From Abditibacteriaceae bacterium (GTDB lineage: Bacteria > Armatimonadota > Abditibacteriia > Abditibacteriales > Abditibacteriaceae), in the NCBI GenBank assembly GCA_031425655.1, contig JANPJS010000258.1, positions 1 through 45,473 of the forward strand: DNA of 45,473 nt, given 5' to 3'. A program made the translations under genes and the position numbers. Below the pieces are notes generated by a model. That model was not told the DNA's origin, made no database searches, and saw nothing but the letters and a program-made list of their open reading frames with translations. Within the stretch, counting starts at the first letter, position 1, and every line of letters starts with the position of its first letter. Positions 18,511-26,713 of this stretch are shown piece by piece.

Positions 18511-19131
18511 TCAACGCGCAACCGGCAGGCGTCCCGGTGAAGGCCACAAACGTATCGTGGCACGGCCTCGAATGTCGCTTTTGGCAATCGGGCCGTTGAC
18601 GCGCGAATCGGCGGAGTTGCGGCGGTTGTCGCCCATCACGAAATATTGATCTTCGGTCAGCTTCAGCGGCGGCACGTTGTCTTCGGGGTCTGTCTGCGCG
18701 CCGGCTTTGATTTCCACATCGTTAACCAAAACCTGTCCCCCTCGCACTTCGATGGTTTCGCCGGGCAATCCAATGATGCGCTTGACCAGAACCGAAGGAT
18801 CGTCGCTGAGCCAGCTTTCCGGCGGGTCGAAAAACACGATGTCGCCGCGCTGCCATTGCCCGTAAAGGCTTTGGCGATGATCGAAAACGACGCGGTCGCC
18901 AACCGTGAGCGTCGGCTCCATCGAGCGCGAAGTGACAATCGCCACATCGTAAAGGCCCTGCCTCACCAGCACAGCCAACAGCACCACCACGACGATGATG
19001 GCAATTTCAATCACCCACGAAAGCCATTTGGCGCCCCCGTGACCGCCAGAAGCGGCGTCCGCTTCGCCGCCAGCGGGAGGATCGTTTTTCGGCGGTTCCG
19101 GCTTCTTCGCGGTGTTGATAGTAATAGGCAT
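18511..19131 (-). CDS. lepB: Signal peptidase I
   Basis: TM segment, SRSMEPTL (Ser), VKRIIGLPGE (Lys), MGDNRRNSADSR. Confidence 0.95.
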   Translation of the reverse strand: MPITINTAKKPEPPKNDPPAGGEADAASGGHGGAKWLSWVIEIAIIVVVVLLAVLVRQGLYDVAIVTSRSMEPTLTVGDRVVFDHRQSLYGQWQRGDIVFFDPPESWLSDDPSVLVKRIIGLPGETIEVRGGQVLVNDVEIKAGAQTDPEDNVPPLKLTEDQYFVMGDNRRNSADSRVNGPIAKSDIRGRATIRLWPSPGRLPVAR

Positions 19132-19137
19132 GAATAA

Positions 19138-19472
19138 TTTTGAGTTTTGAGTTTTGAGTTTTGAATTACGAATTCACCTTACGCAGTGGGGTGTGTTAGG
19201 CAGGCAAATTCAAGAAGCGCTGTCATTCTGAGCTTGCGAAGAATCTCGGCCTCTGCGGTGTTTTTGCTCATGCTGAGTGTGGAAGCTCTTACGCAGAGAT
19301 TCTTCGCAAGCTCAGAATGACACAACTCCTTTGCCTTCCCGTGATGCGCAGGCCAATGGCTGCGCCTATCATAACCCCACCGCGTAAGGTGAGTTACGAA
19401 TTACGAATTACGAATTGCGAATTGCGAATTGCGAATTGCGAATTCAAAATTCAAAATTCAAAATTCAAAATT
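19138..19472. repeat. Tandem heptamer tract interrupted by a composite element
   Basis: (ttttgag)3 ttttgaa ttacgaa [element] (ttacgaa)3 (ttgcgaa)4 (ttcaaaa)4. Confidence 0.9.
19173..19393. mobile_element. Composite MITE-like element (TCACCTTACGC ends) carrying a TGTCATTCTGAGC...GAATCT hairpin
   Basis: Ends tcaccttacgcagtggggt / accccaccgcgtaaggtga; flanked by ttacgaa on both sides; inner arms at 19221 and ending 19322. Confidence 0.75.
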
Positions 19473-20808
19473 GCCGTGTGAGTTTGGCGGCGAACATTCC
19501 GTCGCAGCCGTGGCGATGCGGCAAAGTTTGGATGAAGCCGGCGGGCGTGGCTACTTGCGCGATGGTTTCGGCAGGCAGCAGGCCAAAATCGGCGGCGATT
19601 TTCCACATCCCATTTTCGCGCAGAAATTCCAGCATTTGCTCTTCGTTTTCTTCAGGTTCCAGCGAGCAAGTGGCGTAAACGAGCGCGCCGCCGGGTTTCA
19701 CTAAAAGCGCCGCCGAAGCCAATAATTCGCGCTGCAAATCCACCAGTTCTGCGAGTTGTTCCGGCGTTTTGCGATGTTTGGCATCGGGCCGGCGCCGCAG
19801 CGTGCCTGTGCCCGAACACGGCGCATCCAGCAGCACGCAATCGGCTTGCGGTAAGGCCGAAGCGAGCGCGCGGAGGTCACCGGCGCGGGCGGCAATGCTC
19901 GACAGGCCCAGACGCCGCGCGTTGTCTATCACCAGTTTGACGCGCCCCGGCGCCGCATCGCAGGCGATAATCAAACCTTCGTCGCCCATAAGTTGCGCCA
20001 AATGCGTGGTTTTGCCGCCGGGCGCCGCCGCGCAGTCAATAACTACGCTGCCCGGCGCAGGCGCGGCCAAAAGCGACACCAGTTGCGCGGCTTCGTCCTG
20101 CGCGATGATTTGCCCGGCTTTCCATTCGGGCCAATCGTCGGGCGCACCGGCTTCTTCGATGAGAATCGCGTCCGGCGAGAGTTCGCCGCTTCGCGCCTTT
20201 AAATCGCGGGCTTGCAGCAAGGTTAAAGCGGCTTCGCGTTCGACTCGCAGCGTATTCACACGCAGCGACAGCGGCGCAATCTGGTTATTGGCGCGGCACA
20301 ACGCGGCGCATTCGTCGGAGCCAAAACGCGCCAGCCAGCGTTCGACCAGCCACAACGGGTGCGAAAATTCCACGGCGATTTTGCGCGATTCGGGCCAATT
20401 ATCGGGCAAAACGCGCGGTTCGGAGGGCAAGCGACGCGCGACCGCGTTGACAAAACCCGTCGCCGAACTCAGTCGCGCCACGCGCATCAAGCCCGCATAT
20501 TCGTTGGCAACCGCCGAAGCGGGGATATGCAGCCAGGCGCGTTCGTAAACCGCCAAGCGCAGCGCCGCGCGCACCGGCGCATCCAATTTGTCGAGCGAAG
20601 TTTTAAGCAGCGGTTCAAGCGTCCAGTCAATCCATGACAAATGGCGCAGTGAGCCGGAAACAAGTTCGCGTGCAAAAGCGCGTGTGCTATCCGGCACGGC
20701 TACCGAGCGCAGTGCCGCACCGAGCGCGCCGGAAAGCATGGCTCCATCGCGTTCCATCGAAACGAGTGCTTGCAGGGCGGCGTGGCGAGCCACAGTTTTA
20801 GGATGCAT
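19465..20808 (-). CDS. rsmB: 16S rRNA (cytosine967-C5)-methyltransferase RsmB
   Basis: NusB-like N-terminus, SHPLWLV, LRVN, QDEAAQ, DCAAAPGGKT, DAPCSGTG, YATCS. Confidence 0.95.
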   Translation of the reverse strand: MHPKTVARHAALQALVSMERDGAMLSGALGAALRSVAVPDSTRAFARELVSGSLRHLSWIDWTLEPLLKTSLDKLDAPVRAALRLAVYERAWLHIPASAVANEYAGLMRVARLSSATGFVNAVARRLPSEPRVLPDNWPESRKIAVEFSHPLWLVERWLARFGSDECAALCRANNQIAPLSLRVNTLRVEREAALTLLQARDLKARSGELSPDAILIEEAGAPDDWPEWKAGQIIAQDEAAQLVSLLAAPAPGSVVIDCAAAPGGKTTHLAQLMGDEGLIIACDAAPGRVKLVIDNARRLGLSSIAARAGDLRALASALPQADCVLLDAPCSGTGTLRRRPDAKHRKTPEQLAELVDLQRELLASAALLVKPGGALVYATCSLEPEENEEQMLEFLRENGMWKIAADFGLLPAETIAQVATPAGFIQTLPHRHGCDGMFAAKLTRQF

Positions 20809-20914
20809 AAGAATCGCTCCGGCGAGCGTGCTTCAGTGTGCCTTAACTTGCCATCACGCGGCGCACCGAAAAATCGAGCCGCTGCGCGCAATTGTTCGGT
20901 AAGAATGCGAAAAC

Positions 20915-20943
20915 TTGACTAATAATGGGTGGCCGCGTATGCT
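20915..20943 (+). promoter_or_regulatory. Sigma70-type promoter upstream of tRNA-Ala
   Basis: TTGACT-17 nt-TATGCT. Confidence 0.65.
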
Positions 20944-21104
20944 TAATTTCTTCGTCCAAATGGGACTTTGAAAATGTGGGGACAGAAAGGCTCATAAATT
21001 GGAGCCTGTTCAAATTCTTTCCCACACTGAACTAAGGGTGAAGGCGGAAGGACGAAAAATGACTCGGATTCATTTTTCATCCCTCCGCCTTCATCCTTTC
21101 TGTT

Positions 21105-21177
21105 GGGGCCATAGCTCAGATGGGAGAGCGCCTGATTTGCATTCAGGAGGTCAACGGTTCGATCCCGTTTGGCTCCA
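21105..21177 (+). tRNA. tRNA-Ala (TGC)
   Basis: GGGGCCA/TGGCTCC acceptor stem with G3:U70, anticodon arm cctga-TT-TGC-AT-tcagg, GGTTCGATC T-loop; CCA not encoded. Confidence 0.97.
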
Positions 21178-21323
21178 CTAACAACATACATTCGGGGATT
21201 GAATCTCAGATTTCAGCGCTTTCTATTCGTCAAAACGCTGATTTTGGCAAACGCGAATGCCGAACGCAGCACCTTCAGTTGAAACTCGCGCCTCCCAGCC
21301 CAACGCCATAAAAGACTGAAGCC

Positions 21324-21361
21324 AAAAACCCCCGCTTCCTCATGAGGAAGCGGGGGTTTTT
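21324..21361. terminator. Bidirectional intrinsic terminator between the convergent tRNAs
   Basis: aaaaacccccgcttcctcatgaggaagcgggggttttt. Confidence 0.88.
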
Positions 21362-21385
21362 ATTCGACTTTTAAAGATGAAGCGA

Positions 21386-21469
21386 TGCCGCCGGTCGGGG
21401 TCGAACCGACACTCCCTTACGGGAACAGGATTTTGAGTCCAGCGCGTCTGCCAATTCCGCCACAGCGGC
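21386..21469 (-). tRNA. tRNA-Leu (CAA)
   Basis: Reverse complement gccgctgtggcggaattggcagacgcgctggact-CAA-aatcctgttcccgtaagggagtgtcggttcgaccccgaccggcggca, with a long variable arm. Confidence 0.96.
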
Positions 21470-21529
21470 TTGTGTAGGGTTTTGGGGTTCGGGTTCAGGG
21501 TTTAGCCTTTTCCCGATTGGCAACGGGTA

Positions 21530-21558
21530 ATTTTACGGTGCTTGACGCGAATCGTCAA
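21530..21558 (-). promoter_or_regulatory. Sigma70-type promoter of tRNA-Leu
   Basis: TTGACG-17 nt-TAAAAT on the minus strand. Confidence 0.7.
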
Positions 21559-21873
21559 TGTGAACTTCGTATAAAAGCCGTTTATACGTTAAAAAGGTTA
21601 AAACTAATCCGACTTGCTGCCTAATGCTGCTTCGCAAGAATTATTGTGCGATCAATCCCTTGTCGGGCCGAAACAAGTTTTGGCCGCTCGTCTTCGTGTT
21701 CCGCTTTCCCAGCTTCCAACGGCCAAATCAAGTTCTGGCCCGACGGAGCGTGAGAAAACCGCATCAGAAAACCGCATCGCACAACAACTCCTGCGTCTTT
21801 GCACTAATTAGGGCCAAACAGGTAGCAAGTTGAGTGAATTAACCCAAGTTACTCCTTAATTTTGCCTTGAGTT

Positions 21874-21923
21874 CCCCCGATTGAAATCGGGGTCTACGCT
21901 GACCAAGCCGGCCTGCGCCGGCT
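21874..21923. repeat. REP-like palindromes
   Basis: ccccgattgaaatcgggg followed by agccggcctgcgccggct; same layout as 4901. Confidence 0.7.
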
Positions 21924-22018
21924 CACTGGACAGTCCGCGCCGGGCGCCCTCTGGGCGGATTCTATTAAAAAGTGTCCCGACCTCAGGGGGTCATTGGACA
22001 CGAAAAATCAAACACACC

Positions 22019-22798
22019 ATGAACAAAACTGCCTTTGCCATCTTTGCGCACCCCGACGATATCGAGCTTGTCGCCGCCGGAACGCTGCTTTTGCTCAAAC
22101 GCGCGGGATGGGACGTTCATTACATGAATCTGTCGTGCGGCAACCTCGGAAGCATGACTTGCAGCGCCGCAGAGACCGCGCAAACGCGCCGAATCGAGTC
22201 GCAAAACGCCGCGCAAATCCTTGGCGCGACATGGCATCCCAGCCTGGCGCACGACCTCGACATTTATTACGAACGCGGCTTGCTCCGCAGGCTTGCGGCG
22301 GTGGTGCGCGAAGTCCGACCGCAAATCGTGCTGACGCACTCGCCCGTGGATTACATGGAAGACCACGTCAACACGGCTCGTCTGGCGACCACGGCGGTTT
22401 TCGGGCGAGGTATGCCGAACTTCGCCACCGATCCGCCGTTGCCGCACGTGGCCGGCCAAGTGACGCTCTATCACGCGCAGCCTCACCTGAATCGCGATCC
22501 TCTCGGCAAGATGGTGCAGCCGGAACTGTTCGTGGACGTGACCGAAGTGATGAGCCGAAAGCGCGAGGCGCTGGCGGCGCACATTAGTCAGAAAAGCTGG
22601 CTCGATCAGACGCAGGGCATGGATTCCTATCTGCAAACCATGAGCGATCTGATGCGCGAAGTCGGACGGATGAGCGGAGTTTTTCCGTTCGCCGAGGGAT
22701 GGCGCCGTCATCTTTACGCCGGCTTTTGCGGGCCGGACAGCGATCCTCTTTCCGAGACTTTAGGCGGCCTCGTGTCCGTCAACCCCGCCTACGCGTAA
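22019..22798 (+). CDS. PIG-L/LmbE family deacetylase
   Basis: AHPDDIE, IVLTH, DYMEDH, KREALAAHISQ, FAEG. Start taken at ATG 22019. Confidence 0.92.
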   Translation: MNKTAFAIFAHPDDIELVAAGTLLLLKRAGWDVHYMNLSCGNLGSMTCSAAETAQTRRIESQNAAQILGATWHPSLAHDLDIYYERGLLRRLAAVVREVRPQIVLTHSPVDYMEDHVNTARLATTAVFGRGMPNFATDPPLPHVAGQVTLYHAQPHLNRDPLGKMVQPELFVDVTEVMSRKREALAAHISQKSWLDQTQGMDSYLQTMSDLMREVGRMSGVFPFAEGWRRHLYAGFCGPDSDPLSETLGGLVSVNPAYA

Positions 22799-22807
22799 AA
22801 TTAAACC

Positions 22808-23740
22808 ATGCCCCGAAAACTTTCTTCCGTCGCCCCGGACTGGTGGGATTACACCACGCTCGACGACGACATCGTGCGTGATGCCGCCGCGCTGACGCCG
22901 CAAAAAATGCTGAAACTCGCGCGCCCCGGTTTTCGCGTGGTGTTTTACGACACGCTCGCGGAGTTTTATCTCGCCGAAGCTCTGGAATACGTTCAGGCGT
23001 GGCAGCAATCCACGCCCGACAATCCGGTTGGTATCTGCGGGCCGATTGGGCCGACCGAGCAATTGCCGCTCGTGGCGCAAATCGTCAACGCGCTGCAAAT
23101 AGACGTGCGCGCGGGGCACTTCTGGGGCATGGACGAATGGGTGGTGGACGGCCAGTCGGTGCCGGCCTCGCACCCTCTGAGCTTTGAAAAATGCGACCGG
23201 GAACTGTGTTTTGACCGCATCGAGAATCCGCTCCGAATGGCGGATGAGAATCTGCATTTTCCCTCCGCGCAAACGGAAATTTATCGCCGGTCGTGGCAAA
23301 GCGGCGTGCGCTGCGCCGTGATGCAGGGCGGACAGGGCGACGTGAAACACTGGGCGTTCAACGATCCTCTGCGGCGCCGGGGCCGATTCAAAGACGCGCC
23401 GCCTTCGCCCGACGAATTTCGTAAGCTGGCCGCGCGCGTGGTGGATTTGCACCCTCTGACCATTGCGCAAAACGCGCGCACCAGCGGCGGCGGCAACATC
23501 GCTTTGGTGCCCACGCAAGCGGTGACGGTTGGCCCGCGCGAAACGTGGCTGGCGGAAAAAGTTTCGATCTGGCACGCGGGGCAACACGATAACGCCTTCG
23601 GCCAGCGCCTGACCACCTTAATGATCGCCAAAGGCCTTGCCGACAGCGCCGTGCCGATGTCGCTTCTGGCCGATCATCCCAACGTTCAGTTCAATTTTTA
23701 TCGCGGCGGCATCGGCACTTGCGACGTTTCGATGCATTGA
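22808..23740 (+). CDS. Glucosamine-6-phosphate deaminase/isomerase-like (NagB family) protein
   Basis: [33 protein letters not shown]. Confidence 0.8.
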   Translation: MPRKLSSVAPDWWDYTTLDDDIVRDAAALTPQKMLKLARPGFRVVFYDTLAEFYLAEALEYVQAWQQSTPDNPVGICGPIGPTEQLPLVAQIVNALQIDVRAGHFWGMDEWVVDGQSVPASHPLSFEKCDRELCFDRIENPLRMADENLHFPSAQTEIYRRSWQSGVRCAVMQGGQGDVKHWAFNDPLRRRGRFKDAPPSPDEFRKLAARVVDLHPLTIAQNARTSGGGNIALVPTQAVTVGPRETWLAEKVSIWHAGQHDNAFGQRLTTLMIAKGLADSAVPMSLLADHPNVQFNFYRGGIGTCDVSMH

Positions 23741-23864
23741 GAGCCTACCCGAACAGGCGCAATGTTTGGGGGGCGAACATCCTGCCCAGAGGGCAGGGGA
23801 CTTGGTAGCCTTAAAGTCTGTGCTCAAAAAGAGTTATTCAGTCCGTTGCCATTGAGTGGAAAAC

Positions 23865-24020
23865 AATTGAGTGGCAAAAAATGGTAAAAAAGTGGGATTT
23901 CTCATCCGAAATGCCATGAATGCCCTTATTTTTTGCCACTCAATTTTTTGCCGTGGGGCCGTTTTTACCCAAATAACTTTATTCGAGCACAGACTCTTAG
24001 ACCCCGATTTCAATCGGGGA
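23865..24020. repeat. Inverted repeat and REP palindrome
   Basis: aattgagtggcaaaaaat / attttttgccactcaatt; accccgatttcaatcgggg at 24001. Confidence 0.7.
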
Positions 24021-24043
24021 AACTCGATAAATAGCGACTTCCA

Positions 24044-26401
24044 TTACTTGTGATCCAAGATGAAACTGCCGTCCCAATCTTGCGGCGGCGGTGCGAGGCG
24101 GCATTGTTGGATTCTGCCCAGCAACACTTCGCACGCTTTATCGCCGCCAAGAGCCGTTTGAGCGAGTTTCAGGTGTTTTTCGGCCTCGTCCCAGCGCCGA
24201 TTGCGATAATCGCTCAATCCGTGTCCGTAGTGCGCGTAACCGGCGCGTTGCGCTTCAGGAACAGCCCCGGCCATTCCCAATAATTCGTAAACGCGCACCG
24301 GCAAGCGTTTGCCCGCGACGGCCAGCAAATCTATTTCGCGCACTTCGATGGCGTCTCCGGCCAGGCGGCGCGTGTTTTCGCCGATGAGAATGTGTGTGCC
24401 GTAAATCTTATTAACCGATTCCAAACGCGAGACGAAGTTGACGGTATCGCCCAAAACGGTGTAATTGAGCTTCAATTCGGAGCCGATGTCGCCGACAATC
24501 ACTTCGCCGGTTTCGATGCCGATTCTCATATCCAAACGAGGACGGCCCTCACCTTCCCATTTATCGCACAATCGCTGCAACTGCTCGAATTGTTCGAGCG
24601 CGGCGCGGCAAGAGCGAGCCGCATCGTCGTCGTGCGCGATGGGATGGCCCCAGAACGCTAAAATCGCATCGCCGATATATTTATCCAATGTGCCTTCCGA
24701 GCCGAGAATGATTTTGGTCATGGCGCCGAAATACTCGTTGAGCAGCCCGACAAGGGTTTCGGGCGGCGTTTTCTCGGCTAATGTGGTGAAGCCCGCTAAA
24801 TCGGAGAAAAAGATCGTCGCCACGCTTTTCACGCCGCCCAATTGCACACCGCCCCGGCGCAGCACTTCGTCCACAACCGAAGGCGCGGTATAGCGGCTGA
24901 AGGTTTCTTTGAGCAAATTGCGCTGGCGCAAGCCGCTAATCATAGCGTTGATGGCGCGACCCATTTCGCCGATTTCGCCGCCCGAAGTTTCAATCGCTTG
25001 TTGATCTAAGTTGCCCTGCCCGACTCCGCGCGCCACCGCCGCCATTTGCATCAGAGGGCGAGAAGTGGCTCTTGCGGCAAAGTAAGCCACGACCAACGCC
25101 ACCAATAATGTCGCTCCAATCAAAGCCAGCACGATGGCAGCGGACTTTCGCGTCCTGACTTGAATCGCACGCGAAATGCCGCTTGTCGCCTCGCGCATTT
25201 CGCCGGTTACTGAAGTGATTGGCTCCAGCAGTGATTTCATCGGCAGTTGCACGATGTAATGCCAGCGAACACCATCTTTCTGCGTCGCCGGGCGAGAAAC
25301 CGCTTTGCCGGCGGAGAAGCGCACAGCGGAATAAATAAAAACACTGGCGGCAGCGGCCATCGCTTTCCCGTTTTCCTTGCCGGGCCAGTAAATGTCCGCG
25401 TTTTTGGTCGGGTGAGCACGAATGTGAGCCGCGACTTCGGCGAAACCGGGCACCGATGTCACCGGCGGCATAGCGAGCGCATCGCGAATATCGAAAGACG
25501 GGTTGGATTCGCGGCTGGACGGGTCATAGGAGGCGCTGACGCGCACTTGCTCGGCGTCGTCCACCAAAATGGCTTTGGCAACGCTCAAATTCCCAACGTC
25601 GAACATTTCTTTCAGCACGCCGGGCCACTTCACATCAATGGCGGCCACACCCGCCGGCTTCGACGCTCCCGGCAGTGTTACGCTGCGGGCGCAAGTGAGA
25701 AACAGGGTTTTGCCGTCCCTGTCCAAATTGACAATCCAGATCAGTGTTCCCGGAAGTTGCTCCGGCGCCATCGCTTGTTGATACCACGGGCGGCGGCGCG
25801 GGTCGTAAGTCGGCTTAAAAAAAGTTTTGCCGCCGGGATAACCTAAAATAAAGCCTTGCGCGCTGCCAAAATAAGTCGAATCGCAGCCGGGGACGTTGCG
25901 CTGCGTGTGCGCGAAAAACGCGCCCATCCGTCGCAAACGCTGAAGCGATTGGTCGGCTTCGCGCAGGGAAACTCCCGGCGCCAGATGAAAAATGGAATAC
26001 GGCTGCACGGCGACCAGAGTTTGGCTCAGCGTTGGCTTGGCCCGCACGCGTTTGGTGAGGTCATTGCCCGCAAAAAGCGGCGGCGATTGGGAAACCGCGC
26101 CCGCATCGGAGAGAAACTGACGGACGAGCGTGGCTTCCAACTGCACGGCGTCGGCGATGTTGGCAAAATACGATTCGACTTTGCGCGCCTTTTCTCTCAC
26201 GATCATCAAATGCGTATCGCTGAGGCTGTCTTCCAGCAAAAGCGTTCCCTTTTGCAAGACACGCGCACCAGCTTCGTTATTTTCCGCGCGTAACTGCCGT
26301 TCCAATTCCACGGAATTGCGCCAAAGCAGCCCGGCGACGAGGCCGAGCGATAAGCTCGACACTAAGCCGATCAGCAGGAACAAGCGGGCGAACATCGTCA
26401 T
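24044..26401 (-). CDS. Membrane-bound class III adenylate cyclase (TM-Cache-TM-HAMP-cyclase-TPR-like tail)
   Basis: YDPRRRPWY (Cache), HAMP, FSDLAGFT, DKYIGDAI, RIGI, YTVLGDTVNFVSRLE; the Lys/Thr specificity pair suggests ATP (class IIIb). Confidence 0.93.
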   Translation of the reverse strand: MTMFARLFLLIGLVSSLSLGLVAGLLWRNSVELERQLRAENNEAGARVLQKGTLLLEDSLSDTHLMIVREKARKVESYFANIADAVQLEATLVRQFLSDAGAVSQSPPLFAGNDLTKRVRAKPTLSQTLVAVQPYSIFHLAPGVSLREADQSLQRLRRMGAFFAHTQRNVPGCDSTYFGSAQGFILGYPGGKTFFKPTYDPRRRPWYQQAMAPEQLPGTLIWIVNLDRDGKTLFLTCARSVTLPGASKPAGVAAIDVKWPGVLKEMFDVGNLSVAKAILVDDAEQVRVSASYDPSSRESNPSFDIRDALAMPPVTSVPGFAEVAAHIRAHPTKNADIYWPGKENGKAMAAAASVFIYSAVRFSAGKAVSRPATQKDGVRWHYIVQLPMKSLLEPITSVTGEMREATSGISRAIQVRTRKSAAIVLALIGATLLVALVVAYFAARATSRPLMQMAAVARGVGQGNLDQQAIETSGGEIGEMGRAINAMISGLRQRNLLKETFSRYTAPSVVDEVLRRGGVQLGGVKSVATIFFSDLAGFTTLAEKTPPETLVGLLNEYFGAMTKIILGSEGTLDKYIGDAILAFWGHPIAHDDDAARSCRAALEQFEQLQRLCDKWEGEGRPRLDMRIGIETGEVIVGDIGSELKLNYTVLGDTVNFVSRLESVNKIYGTHILIGENTRRLAGDAIEVREIDLLAVAGKRLPVRVYELLGMAGAVPEAQRAGYAHYGHGLSDYRNRRWDEAEKHLKLAQTALGGDKACEVLLGRIQQCRLAPPPQDWDGSFILDHK

Positions 26402-26502
26402 GGCAGCGTTTTTCGGCGCGAAGCAAAACTCAATACTACAAAGGTTAGAGCGATTGTGTCCAACGCAAAGCGAAAGTTGGTTTTCGCAATCGCGCAGGCT
26501 AA

Positions 26503-26699
26503 CTTCTACGAGTGTGTAGAGAAAGTCGCAGAAATTGCCTGATCCGTCGTCTTGGCACTAAGAGTTGAGTCATCCTGAGCTTGCGAAGGATCTCGGCGTG
26601 ATCGAAGCCATTACGACGAGATTCTTCGCAAGCTCAGAATGACACTCCGCTTACTTTCGGCGTTGATTCGACTTTTTAGACTGCTTCTTAGAGAAGTTG
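26503..26699. mobile_element. Nested repeat element: degenerate outer inverted repeat around a GTCATCCTGAGC...GATCT hairpin
   Basis: Inner arms gtcatcctgagcttgcgaaggatctc / gagattcttcgcaagctcagaatgac (26569-26644); outer aacttct...aaagtcg / cgacttt...agaagtt is imperfect. Confidence 0.6.
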
Positions 26700-26713
26700 C
26701 GGAGCATCTTTCC

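Noticed and set aside
20943..21311. Short ORFs around the tRNA
   Set aside because: They overlap tRNA-Ala and repeats; shadow ORFs.
21430..21445. U-U mismatch in the tRNA-Leu anticodon stem as a sign of a pseudo-tRNA
   Set aside because: The other arms, promoter and terminator are intact, and single stem mismatches are tolerated.
21105..21469. tRNA genes as island integration sites
   Set aside because: No duplicated tRNA 3' end or integrase was found in the window.
26639..26713. N-terminal extension of the DUF1553 ORF
   Set aside because: The ATG lies in a repeat arm (agaatgaca); the signal peptide starts downstream.
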